Of a stretch of DNA of 64,000 nucleotides, positions 44,907 through 53,586 are shown one piece after another. How positions within the stretch are numbered: the stretch's first letter is position 1; each line of letters begins with the position of its first letter. The stretch is from assembly GCA_009377635.1 (NCBI GenBank), contig WHTR01000004.1, positions 1,682 through 65,681 of the forward strand. Direction: 5' to 3'. Source of the stretch: Chloroflexota bacterium. Its GTDB lineage: Bacteria > Chloroflexota > UBA6077 > SHYK01. A program made the position numbers and the translations under genes. Below the pieces are notes generated by a model. That model searched no databases. It was given only the letters and a program-made list of their open reading frames with translations, and had not been told where the DNA came from.

Positions 44907-45204
44907 CGGACAGATCGCCCTCCTGCCCCTGCAGGAGATTGTGGAGGTGCTTTGTCACTGCGAAGAACGATTCGTCGGTGTCCATGACGTACCAGTCTGC
45001 CGCGATGCCCAGCGCGCGGAGGGCCGGGACCAGCGAGCGGAGCACGACGGCGACTCCCCCGCCGGTCGCTGTAGAACTCAGCAGCAGGAGACGGACGCCG
45101 TTCATCGGAGAGCTCAGCTCTCGCAGCTGCTCGACAACGTCTTCACCGACGAGCGGGACGTACCGGCCTATGGTGACAGGTGGAAGTGAAATACGCTCTG
45201 GCAT
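44907..45204 (-). pseudogene. N-terminal ~100 aa of a trehalose-synthase-like (TreT/GT4) glycosyltransferase
   Basis: MPERISLPPVTIGRYVPLVGEDVVEQLRELSSPMNGVRLLLLSSTATGGGVAVVLRSLVPALRALGIAADWYVMDTDESFFAVTKHLHNLLQG matches the TreT-type N-terminus, then changes frame into the GT1 fragment. Confidence 0.55.
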
Positions 45205-45464
45205 AGCGTGCGGAAGGCCCCGCGCCGTCCGATGCGGCGAATGCTCGGTTCGAAGAACATCGATCGTCGCGGTCGGTACGCGCGGACCCACGTGCGCAAC
45301 CTGGGCCCGCGCGCCTCACACAGACCGCTCCAAGCTTCACATGCTCAGGGATCAAACACGAACCCTGATCGCCTCATCGTATCGGCGTTCGCCCGGTTCC
45401 CTCCTTCCGTCTCGATTCTCGCCTCACGTTTGAGAGGGGCATTCGCCAAGCGTGATTGGTGCTT

Positions 45465-45500
45465 GTCATCCGGAGTCCCCCTGGGGCGGATCAGATTGAC
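45465..45500. repeat. REP-like imperfect palindromic unit (GTCAYYC family)
   Basis: GTCATCCGGAGTCCCCCTGGGGCGGATCAGATTGAC. Its right half (GGCGGATCAGAtTGAC) is near-identical to 37636-37651 (GGCGGATCAGAaTGAC). Confidence 0.55.
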
Positions 45501-45512
45501 ATTGACGGATCG

Positions 45513-45779
45513 CTAGCGGAACGAGCCCTCCCTGCAGTGGCGGTCGATCTCGTCTCGGAGCATCCGGACGTGCTCCAGGTCGTCGTCCTTCATCTTTCTA
45601 TAGATCTGGCCGCAGCTCTGGTCGTCCCGGCAATCCGCGAGGTACTTGTCGTATCGCCAAACGGCGTCCAGCTTCACGCTCAATGTCTGAATGAGATTGT
45701 GGATCGGATCGCTCACCGCCGCCGTGGCGGGCGCCTCTGCATACAGGGTTTCGCGCTGGGTCTGCGTGGCTCGTGCCAT
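45513..45779 (-). CDS. small helical protein, unknown function (possibly ferritin-like four-helix bundle)
   Basis: AAGGAG RBS before ATG 45779. 88 aa: ...DPIHNLIQTLSVKLDAVWRYDKYLADC...DDDLEHVRMLRDEIDRHCREGSF. The functional call is weak. Confidence 0.45.
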   Translation of the reverse strand: MARATQTQRETLYAEAPATAAVSDPIHNLIQTLSVKLDAVWRYDKYLADCRDDQSCGQIYRKMKDDDLEHVRMLRDEIDRHCREGSFR

Positions 45780-45952
45780 CAGAGTGCTCCTTTGCACGTC
45801 CTTGAATCCGTCCGCGCCTGCAAGAGAAAGCCCTTGACCACAATCTTCCGGCACGAGAGTTGGCTACCCCGTAGCGGGGGATGAACAGAAGGTCAATCTC
45901 GGCTGCCGAGATCACTCACAGTCACCTCTTCCGTCGTTGATCCGCCCGATAC

Positions 45953-45969
45953 ATTCACACGGCGTTGAC
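45953..45969 (+). promoter_or_regulatory. ATTCAC-N5-GTTGAC direct repeat upstream of the alcohol dehydrogenase/BON pair
   Basis: Sense orientation, 137-153 nt upstream of ATG 46106. Confidence 0.3.
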
Positions 45970-46105
45970 CGATCGCAACGCCGCATGCAAGACGGGCTGG
46001 TCATCATTAGAAGTCTGAGAGGTACAGCTGGCGATACGCAGTCAGCCTGTGCGACACCGCCGCTGTTGTGACGATCCCAAATCGACGGATGCGAGGAGCA
46101 CAAAG

Positions 46106-47326
46106 ATGAAGGCGTTGGTCTTTCATGGAGTTGGAGATATCCGCCTTGACGAGGTGCCCGAACCACGCATCGAGCAGCCAGCGGATGCCATCGTCCGGGT
46201 CACTGCCAATGCGATCTGCGGGACGGACCTGCACCTGGTCCGCGGGACGGTACCGGGGGTGAGGCCGGGTACCATCCTAGGCCACGAAGCAGTCGGCTAC
46301 GTCGAAGAGGTGGGCCCGATGGTTCGCAACTTCGCTCCGGGCGATCGCGTGGTCATCGCGTCGACTATCTCCTGCGGGTACTGCTCGTATTGTCGCGACG
46401 GATACTTCGCGCAATGCGATAACGCCAACCCGAACGGACGACAGGCCGGGACAGCCTTCTTCGGCGGGCCACAGTCGAGCGGAGCGTTCCATGGGCTGCA
46501 GGCGGAGAAGGCGCGCATCCCCTTTGCGAACGTCGGTCTCGTCAAGCTGCCCGAGGAGGACGAGGTCGACGATGACCAGGCGATCTTGCTTTCCGACATC
46601 TTTCCCACGGGCTACTTCGGTGCGGAGCTCGCGGAGATCGAGGCGGGTAATACTGTCGCCGTATTCGGGTGTGGACCGGTCGGTCAGTTCGCCATCGCGA
46701 GCGCCAAGCTGCTCGGTGCCGGCCGTGTCCTAGCTGTGGACTGCATCCCCTCGCGCCTCGACATGGCGCGCGGGCAGGGAGCAGAAGTCATCGATTTCAA
46801 CGCTGATGACCCGGTAGACACGATCCGGGGCCTGACCGGCGGCATCGGGGTCGATCGAGCAATCGACGCGGTCGGGATCGATGCGAACCAGCCTCGCCAG
46901 GGGCCGGCCGCTCGCCGCGTGGAGCAGTATGCAGCGCAATTTCAGCAGGAGCTCCGCGAGATCGTGCCCGAGCCACGCCCCGTGGGCGACAACTGGCACC
47001 CCGGAGAGGCACCGTCGCTCGTCGCCGAATGGACGGTCGAATCGCTGTCGAAAGCGGGAACACTCTCGGTCATCGGCGTTTACCCGCCCTCGGACCGGTT
47101 CTTCCCATTCGGCACCGCGATGAACAAGAACCTCACCATCAAGATGGGGAATTGCAATCACCGGCGCTACATCCCGATGCTGCTCGAACTGGTCCGGACT
47201 GGCGCCGTCAATCCGGCCGAGATCCTCACCCACGTCAGGCCGATGAACGACATCGTCGCGGCCTACCAGGCGTTCGACCAGCGGCAGCTGGGGTGGATCA
47301 AGGTTGAGCTGGTGCCAGCCGCGTAG
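46106..47326 (+). CDS. zinc-dependent alcohol/formaldehyde dehydrogenase (MDR family)
   Basis: GAGGAG RBS. ICGTDLH, GHEAVGYVEEVG, structural-zinc Cys cluster CGYCSYCRDGYFAQC, and GCGPVG Rossmann motif. Confidence 0.9.
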   Translation: MKALVFHGVGDIRLDEVPEPRIEQPADAIVRVTANAICGTDLHLVRGTVPGVRPGTILGHEAVGYVEEVGPMVRNFAPGDRVVIASTISCGYCSYCRDGYFAQCDNANPNGRQAGTAFFGGPQSSGAFHGLQAEKARIPFANVGLVKLPEEDEVDDDQAILLSDIFPTGYFGAELAEIEAGNTVAVFGCGPVGQFAIASAKLLGAGRVLAVDCIPSRLDMARGQGAEVIDFNADDPVDTIRGLTGGIGVDRAIDAVGIDANQPRQGPAARRVEQYAAQFQQELREIVPEPRPVGDNWHPGEAPSLVAEWTVESLSKAGTLSVIGVYPPSDRFFPFGTAMNKNLTIKMGNCNHRRYIPMLLELVRTGAVNPAEILTHVRPMNDIVAAYQAFDQRQLGWIKVELVPAA

Positions 47327-47337
47327 GGGGATCGACA

Positions 47338-47637
47338 ATGGCAGATCCAAACCGTCGCTATCGCGAGCCGCCCGAGGCAGGGGTTGGCGGCGAGGGGCCG
47401 ATCACAGACCAGACCGGGCTCGGCCCGACCACCGACGTTGAGATTGCAGAGGCGGTGCGCGCCGCGCTAGTCCTCGACCCGGACGTCGACCACAATCACT
47501 TCACGATCGACGTGGCGGACGGCGTCGTGCGACTCGCCGGCCAAGCTGGCTCGCGCGACGAGCGCCGACGCGCGGTCGACGTCGCAAACCATGTGTCGAA
47601 CGTTCGACGTGTCGTGGACCTGCCGGCGAAGGAGTAA
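47338..47637 (+). CDS. BON domain protein
   Basis: DVEIAEAVRAALVLDPDVDHNHFTIDVADGVVRLAGQAGSRDERRRAVDVANHVSNVRRVVD. Confidence 0.75.
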   Translation: MADPNRRYREPPEAGVGGEGPITDQTGLGPTTDVEIAEAVRAALVLDPDVDHNHFTIDVADGVVRLAGQAGSRDERRRAVDVANHVSNVRRVVDLPAKE

Positions 47638-47776
47638 GGCGACCGCGTCCGTGGGGTGTCCGCCAGAGCAACCCGAGCAGGTGAGCGGCCCGAATCGAGC
47701 ACCGACGGCGTGATCGATCGCTGGGGTTGCCGGGCGCTCTCCCGCCGCCAGCGATCCCCGACGAGCCGGGTCAGCT

Positions 47777-48288
47777 TTAGCGTGCTGGGTACTCCACGTC
47801 GACCTCGGCGTCGTACTCACCCCGCGGCGCTTGGACCTCCACGACCAGGAGTGTGCGCTCCCGCCCCCGCAGGTCGATCTCCCGATCCTCCTGGACGGTG
47901 GCGCCGGTGGCACGGTCCCGCAGCCGAACCAGCAGAGCGACCTGGCCGTGGCCGAGCCAGCTGTTCTGGATCGTCGCCTCGACGCGGTAAGCGCCCGTAT
48001 TCTCGCTCGGAGCGATGAGCTGCACATCAGCCACAGACGGACGCGGACCGGTGCCGACAGCGGCCAACGCAAGCTGGATGGCTGCCACCGGGCCGTTCAC
48101 GGCTAGCGGCCCGGGACCCAGGGCGGGAACACGAAGAGCTGCGCCTGCCAGACCAGAAGCCCGATACCAAGCGACGCTGTAGCAAACAGGCCAACGTAGA
48201 AGACCGCGAGGCGGCGGACCCGCTGCGCGAACTCCCGCGGACTGTGGGTCCCGGGCTCGCGAACAACGGTCGCCGGTATTCCCTCCAT
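47777..48288 (-). CDS. hypothetical membrane-anchored protein with Ig/CARDB-like C-terminal domain; apparent frameshift
   Basis: ATG 48288 opens a short ORF with a TM helix (LAVFYVGLFATASLGIGLLVW) that stops at 48103. A second frame continues as PLAVNGPVAAIQ...VADVQLIAPSENTGAYRVEATIQN...EVQAPRGEYDAEVDVEY, which looks like a beta-sandwich. The frames switch in the C/G homopolymer stretch at 48103-48130. Confidence 0.4.
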
Positions 48289-48390
48289 GCCGGGGAATAT
48301 ATCCCCGCGGCCGGAAGCGCGCCATTCGCAGGAGATCGTCGCGGGCGATATTGTGCCTGTTGACGCGAGACGATTGACTAGCCGACACGC

Positions 48391-50883
48391 TCAGTGAGCG
48401 TCAACCAATGCCCGCTCGGCTGCCTCGGTCGCGTCACGGTACGTTGTCCCTTTGGGAAGCGTGAGCGGTTCGCCAACGATCAGACGGACAGTTCCAGGCT
48501 TGTTCGGCAAGTAGGGGAACGACTGATCGCGAGGGAAGAGCCGGTGATAATGCTCGAGCTTGAATGGAACGATCGGCACACGCATCTCAACGGCCATGAG
48601 CCCAGTGCCGTTCAGAAACGGACGTAGGGCGCCGTCGAGTTCGGGTTCCCCCTCCGGGCTGATGATGACGGCGTACCCGTCGTCGAGCCATCGCCCGAGC
48701 TCCTCGAGTCCGGCGAGGGCTGTTCCGCCGCTCTTCGCGAACGAAAACGCCTGAGCGGCGAGTGCTGCTAGCAGACCCTGCCACCGGTCCCGGCCTTTCC
48801 AGATACGTGGGTCGACGGCGACAGCGACGCGGGACCGGACGTGGGCCGGCAGGGCCCGCAGCAGGACGAGGGGCGCGTACGGCCCTTGATAATTGAAGAT
48901 CACCAGGGACGGCACCGGGAGCGACGCCGCCCGGTCGGGGTGCACGACGTCCAGGCGCATCCATCGGTCCTGCAGCCGAAACGCGATCCAGAGCAGCGCG
49001 GACCCGATCATCCTGGCCCACCACGTGCGAGGCCAGCGCGGCGGAGCCTTGATCTCCCTGCTCGTCGATCCGGCGGCGACGAGGGCGCGGAGCTCTGCGA
49101 TGGTCGTTTGAGGACCCACCGCCAGCTCGTCGACGACACGCCCCATCTCCTCTTCGATCGCGGCGAGGAGCTCTATCCGGCCGATTGAGTCGAGCCCGAG
49201 ATCACCTTCGAGCTCGGCGCCGTCCCGAACATCGTCGGACGGCCGCTCGGCCGCGCGCGCAATCACAGCGATCAGCGGGTCGCCGGGGGGACCGGGCCGT
49301 CCCGGCCTTTCGCCGACCACTGCCGCGCGGTCTCTCTCGACTGCTTCGCGCACGGATACGCGGTCGACTTTGAGTGTCGCCGTCCGGGGAAAATCGGCTT
49401 CCTGCCAGATCGTGTATCCGCGAATCTGCTGGTGTGCTGCCAGCCGCCGATTCGACTCCCGGATGATCTCGTCTGCCCGCTCGGGTGCCGTCGTGAGCAG
49501 TGCGGCATAAACTGCCTCCCCGTCATTCCGCTCGACCCCGACGACGCAGCTCTCTCTCACCAGCGGATGAAGGTTGAGGGTTTGTTCGACGTCTTCTGGG
49601 TAGACGTTACGCCCGTCCGGCAGCACGATCTTGAATGCGGCCCGCCCGGAGATGCGCAGGAAGCCGTCAGCGTCGAGCGAGCCAATATCGCCGGTCTGCA
49701 GCCACCCGTCGACAAACGAACGGCTCGTGAGCTCCTCGTTGCCGAAGTAGCCCGGGCTCACCGTCGGGCCGCGAATGAGGATCTCTCCATCCCCGGAGAT
49801 CCTCACGTCGACACCCGGAATGGGTTGTCCGACGGTCCCCAGCCGCTGGGCGCGCCAGCTGTTGATCGTGCTCGCAGCGCTCGTCTCGGTAAGGCCGTAT
49901 CCCTCGAGGATGTGCACGCCCATGCGCTGCCACGCGGCCGCGACCTTGAGATCCAGCGGCGCCCCACCCGACCCGAAGAACTCGAGGTGGCCGCCCAGCG
50001 CGCGATGCACGCGTCCGAAAAGCACGCGGCGGAGCGGGAACGGAATCCGCTCAGCGACCGCGTGTGCCGAAGTCCAGAGTGCCTCGTTCTCCTCACGCGC
50101 ACGCCGCTCGATCCCGGTCAGCAGCATGCGGAGTAGCTGGGGGACCAGGATGAGGCAGGTCGTGCCCTCCTCTCGCAGTGCTCGCGAGATAGTCACGGCG
50201 TTGACGCTCGGCACATGGGTCATCCGTACCCCGAAGGTGTACGCGAGCAGGAGATCGATGATCTGCTCCAGGGCATGGCTGAGCGGCAGGACAGAGAGGG
50301 CACGGTATGAGCGCTTCAGTGGGAATGCCTGTCGCATCGCCGCGATCTCTGCCAGGAAGTTGCCGTGCGTCAACATGACACCTTTGGGCACCCCGGTTGT
50401 GCCCGACGTGAAAGCAATTTCGCAAAGGCTCTGCGAGGGTATGTCGGGGACTGAGGCCAGCGGCCGCATGTCGGCGACGAGATCGAGCAGATCCTCGAGG
50501 TCGAATGTCTCGGCCACGGGCGGGCCAAAGCGGCCCGCGAGGTGTCGCGACTTGAACGCCATGCGTGGCTCGGCCGCCGCCACGAAGCGGTCGAGGATCT
50601 CCTGACCGGTCCGGACGTCAATCGGCACGACGACGACGCCGGCCGTCCACGCGCCAAAGTAGAGCATGGCGTACTCCGGCATGTTCGGCGACCAGACCAC
50701 GAGACGCTCGCCTGCCGTGATGCCGCGGGCGTTCAACCAGGCCGCGACCCGCCGAGCTCCGTCGCCTGCCGCCCGGAAGGTGTAGCGTTCGAGCCGAAGC
50801 CCGCGCCGGACCTGAAACGCTACGTCGTCCGCGAACTGCTCTGACGCGGCGCCGACAAGCTCACCTAGATTGCGATACGTCAA
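48391..50883 (-). CDS. tri-domain protein: acyl-AMP/CoA ligase + carrier-protein domain + LPLAT (PlsC-like) acyltransferase domain
   Basis: AMP-binding motifs (FTSGTTGVPKGVMLTHGNF, GYGLTE, TGDIG), the phosphopantetheine site LGLDSIGRIEL, and a C-terminal acyltransferase-like region with IISPEGEP. The HX4D box reads NYQGPYA. Confidence 0.8.
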   Translation of the reverse strand: MTYRNLGELVGAASEQFADDVAFQVRRGLRLERYTFRAAGDGARRVAAWLNARGITAGERLVVWSPNMPEYAMLYFGAWTAGVVVVPIDVRTGQEILDRFVAAAEPRMAFKSRHLAGRFGPPVAETFDLEDLLDLVADMRPLASVPDIPSQSLCEIAFTSGTTGVPKGVMLTHGNFLAEIAAMRQAFPLKRSYRALSVLPLSHALEQIIDLLLAYTFGVRMTHVPSVNAVTISRALREEGTTCLILVPQLLRMLLTGIERRAREENEALWTSAHAVAERIPFPLRRVLFGRVHRALGGHLEFFGSGGAPLDLKVAAAWQRMGVHILEGYGLTETSAASTINSWRAQRLGTVGQPIPGVDVRISGDGEILIRGPTVSPGYFGNEELTSRSFVDGWLQTGDIGSLDADGFLRISGRAAFKIVLPDGRNVYPEDVEQTLNLHPLVRESCVVGVERNDGEAVYAALLTTAPERADEIIRESNRRLAAHQQIRGYTIWQEADFPRTATLKVDRVSVREAVERDRAAVVGERPGRPGPPGDPLIAVIARAAERPSDDVRDGAELEGDLGLDSIGRIELLAAIEEEMGRVVDELAVGPQTTIAELRALVAAGSTSREIKAPPRWPRTWWARMIGSALLWIAFRLQDRWMRLDVVHPDRAASLPVPSLVIFNYQGPYAPLVLLRALPAHVRSRVAVAVDPRIWKGRDRWQGLLAALAAQAFSFAKSGGTALAGLEELGRWLDDGYAVIISPEGEPELDGALRPFLNGTGLMAVEMRVPIVPFKLEHYHRLFPRDQSFPYLPNKPGTVRLIVGEPLTLPKGTTYRDATEAAERALVDAH

Positions 50884-50967
50884 TTCCCGGTTCTCGTCGT
50901 GTGAGTCCTCCAGTCAGATCCGCAGCTGCGACGCGGTACGTCACCTTCGCGCTCTCTAGGACGGCGC

Positions 50968-51417
50968 CTACGCGGCGGCTTTGATCTGGATCTTGCGCGG
51001 TCGCACCTCCTCGGCCTTTGGCATATGCAGGGTCAGGACTCCGTTCTCGAAACGCGCTTCGGCGCGCTCGCTCTGCACGACCGTCGGGAGCATAATCTGC
51101 CGCCCAAACTTCCCGTAGCGTCGCTCCCGTCGGTAGAAGTTCTCCTCGCTCACGTCTCGTTCCATCTTCGTCTCGCCCTTGATGGAAAGCGAGTTGCCTT
51201 GGATCGACACGTCGATGTCCTCTGGCTTGACGCCCGGCACGGGGGCCGTCACCACGACCTCGTCGTCGGTCTCATACACGTCGACCGAGAGCGGTCGCTC
51301 AATCTCGCCGGCTAACGGGGCCATCGGGCGTACCCAGGCGTCTTCGAGAAGCCGGTTCATCATCTGGCGCGCAGTCATGAAGCTTTCAAACGGGTCCCAA
51401 CGAACGATGTCCGCCAT
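50968..51417 (-). CDS. Hsp20/alpha-crystallin small heat-shock protein
   Basis: GGGAGGG RBS before ATG 51417. WDPFESF..., alpha-crystallin core VDVYETDDEVVVTAPVPGVKPEDIDVSIQGNSLSIKGE...AEARFENGVLTLHMPK. Confidence 0.9.
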   Translation of the reverse strand: MADIVRWDPFESFMTARQMMNRLLEDAWVRPMAPLAGEIERPLSVDVYETDDEVVVTAPVPGVKPEDIDVSIQGNSLSIKGETKMERDVSEENFYRRERRYGKFGRQIMLPTVVQSERAEARFENGVLTLHMPKAEEVRPRKIQIKAAA

Positions 51418-51525
51418 GGTCGTCCCTCCCGACTGGCTTCTTCGCCGAGTTGCCGGCGGTGTGTTGGTCGAGTTCCGTACATCCCAGAATATGCGGCCGC
51501 GAGGTAGACAGGCCTGTGGAAAACC

Positions 51526-51568
51526 GTGAACGGTGAGTGAACGCGTAGAACACCGGTCAGTCGTGAAC
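51526..51568 (-). promoter_or_regulatory. cluster of GTTCAC repeats upstream of hsp20 (core GTTCAC-N5-GTTCAC)
   Basis: The plus strand has GTGAAC at 51526, 51537 and 51563, and GTAGAAC at 51545. They are sense-oriented for hsp20, 109-151 nt upstream of its ATG. Confidence 0.4.
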
Positions 51569-51635
51569 ATCGCCACTCGACGTGCGTCCGGTCCTGCCGG
51601 TCTCCAGCCTAGCCCGTTCGAGCTTCGAGCACCGC

Positions 51636-52595
51636 CTACCGGTGGAACCGGGGCAGGATCTCGCGCTCGCAGAATCGGAAGAAGCCCTCCTGGTCGGGGC
51701 CGATCTGGTGGATCCCGACGTGATCGAACCCGGCCTTGGCGAACTCGTCGATCGCCGCGGCATAGGGCTCCGGGTCGGGCCCGCAGACGACGGCCTCTGT
51801 GACGTCCGCCTCACGCACCAACGCGGCGGCCTCCTCCACCAGGGAGGGCAGACGCAGCTCTGAGAAGAGCCCCCCGGTGAGCCCCGCAAGCGGCCAGTAC
51901 TCGAACGCACGTCGCCGTGCCTCGGCTTCGTCCTGCGCCCAGCAGACATGAATCTGACCGTAGCATGGCTTGCCAGCTCCTCCGGCCGCCTCGAACCACC
52001 GGACCATCTCCGCGCTCGGCGCGTTGCTCATGGCGCCGTCGCCGAGCCGACCCGCCGTCTCTGCGCTGCGCCGTCCACTAGCGGCCACAACGACCGGCGG
52101 CAGCCGCTCGGGCAGATCGTAGATACGAGCCTCCTGGACCGTGAAGTGCTCGCCGTAGTGGCTGCGTTTGCCACCCTGCCAGAGCATGCGGATCACATCG
52201 ATTGCTTCCTCGAGCATCTCACGGCGCACCGAGGGCTCCGGCCATTGCTCGCCGAGGATGTGCTCGTTGAGGCTCTCGCCGGCGCCGAGGCCGAGGAAGA
52301 AGCGGTCCGGCAGGAGAGCCGCGGCTGTGGCACCCGCCTGGGCGATGATCGCCGGGTGGATGCGCATCGTCGGGCATGTCACTGCCGTGCCCAAGCGCAG
52401 CCGGCTCGTCGCCTGCGCGATACCGCCGAGCACGGCCCAGACAAACGGCGCGTGCCCCTGGCGGTCGATCCACGGATGAAAGTGGTCGGAGATTAGGGCA
52501 AACGGAAATCCGACCTCCTCCGCCCGCCGCGCGTTCCGGACGAGGTCGGCTGGCGCGTGCTCCTCACTTGAGAGCCAGTAGCCGAGCTCGACCAT
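51636..52595 (-). CDS. luciferase-like (LLM-class) F420-dependent oxidoreductase, G6PD-related subgroup
   Basis: GAGGAGG RBS. MVELGYWLSSEEH...ISDHFHPW...GLGAGESLNEH fits the TIM-barrel LLM family. Confidence 0.75.
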   Translation of the reverse strand: MVELGYWLSSEEHAPADLVRNARRAEEVGFPFALISDHFHPWIDRQGHAPFVWAVLGGIAQATSRLRLGTAVTCPTMRIHPAIIAQAGATAAALLPDRFFLGLGAGESLNEHILGEQWPEPSVRREMLEEAIDVIRMLWQGGKRSHYGEHFTVQEARIYDLPERLPPVVVAASGRRSAETAGRLGDGAMSNAPSAEMVRWFEAAGGAGKPCYGQIHVCWAQDEAEARRRAFEYWPLAGLTGGLFSELRLPSLVEEAAALVREADVTEAVVCGPDPEPYAAAIDEFAKAGFDHVGIHQIGPDQEGFFRFCEREILPRFHR

Positions 52596-52721
52596 CAAAC
52601 GCCTCCTCTCGCCACTCGGCCGCATGTACCCGTCCTTCCCTCGTCCGCCTCAAGGGGAAGAGGCCGGCGCCGCTCTGCGGCGCCGGGTGAGGATGCACCT
52701 CATTAGCCCGCAAACCACCTG

Positions 52722-53429
52722 TCATGACCTCTTCCCCTCCGTTGCCTTCTCCGTCGAACGCTGGAGGACGTCGTCGCGGCGGAACAGGCCGACGAGCTCA
52801 CCATCGCTCGTCGTCACGAGGATATTCGACACGCCACGCTCCGCCAGGTACTCGGCTGTCTCCTTCGCGGGCTCATTTGGTCGGTAGGCGATCGGGCCCG
52901 GCTCCATAACGAGTTGAGCGCTGAGCTCCGGGTCGGCCTCCAGTCCGTCCTTGCGCAGCCGTCCGAGCACGACGTTGCGTTCGTTGACGACGACGCAGGT
53001 GTCCGCGCCGAGTCTTCGGACACGCTCCTGCACGTCGCCGATCGGGTCGTCGGGCATACACGTCGGGACGTCACGGCGCGCTATATCACCGATGCGGGGC
53101 ACCGACGCGAGCGTGCCTTCAGTCGGCAGCCCGGAGGCAGACCAATCCGCCTTGCCCGCCACATATCGATAGACCTGTGTGAATCCGAGACTCTCGAGCC
53201 GCCACGCGGCCCGTGCGCTCAGGTCTCACTGGTAGTCCTGGCAATATACGACCACGGGAACGTCACGTCGAAACTCAGCTCCAGATTCGCCGTCCATCCG
53301 CGTGAGCGGCATGTTGATGGCTCCCGGCAGGTGCTCGTCATCGTACTCCTGCCGCGGCAGCACCTCAATGAGCTGTGCCCCGGATCGGGCGAGCTCGCGC
53401 AGATCGTTGCGATCGATTGCAGTAGGCAT
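52722..53429 (-). CDS. rhodanese domain + CBS-pair protein with an in-frame TGA (codon 68) in the rhodanese active-site loop
   Basis: GGGAGG RBS before ATG 53429. The two track ORFs (53226-53750 and 52722-53162) are in the same frame and separated only by the TGA at 53226-53228: ...HLPGAINMPL...VPVVVYCQDYQ[TGA]DLSARAAWRLESLGFTQVYRYVAGKADWSASGLPTEG, followed by a CBS pair. Confidence 0.6.
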
Positions 53430-53586
53430 GCGTCCCGCCTCCCTCACTCCCCGGACTCCACCACCGGCACGGCGCCAGGCAATGATCTCCTGCTCACTCC
53501 CGAGGATGTTCCTACGCACGTTGTAGGCTCTTATCATAGACGGCGAGGCAACGTGCTCCGTTGTGCTAAGCCGTGCGAGCCCGGCA

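Noticed and set aside
53430-53586. Longer N-terminus for the rhodanese gene (track ORF start 53750, or MIRAYN... at about 53537).
   Set aside because: The upstream part overlaps the SRPBCC gene in another frame and is Arg/Ser/Trp-rich nonsense. The ATG at 53429 has a GGGAGG RBS and starts exactly at the rhodanese domain.
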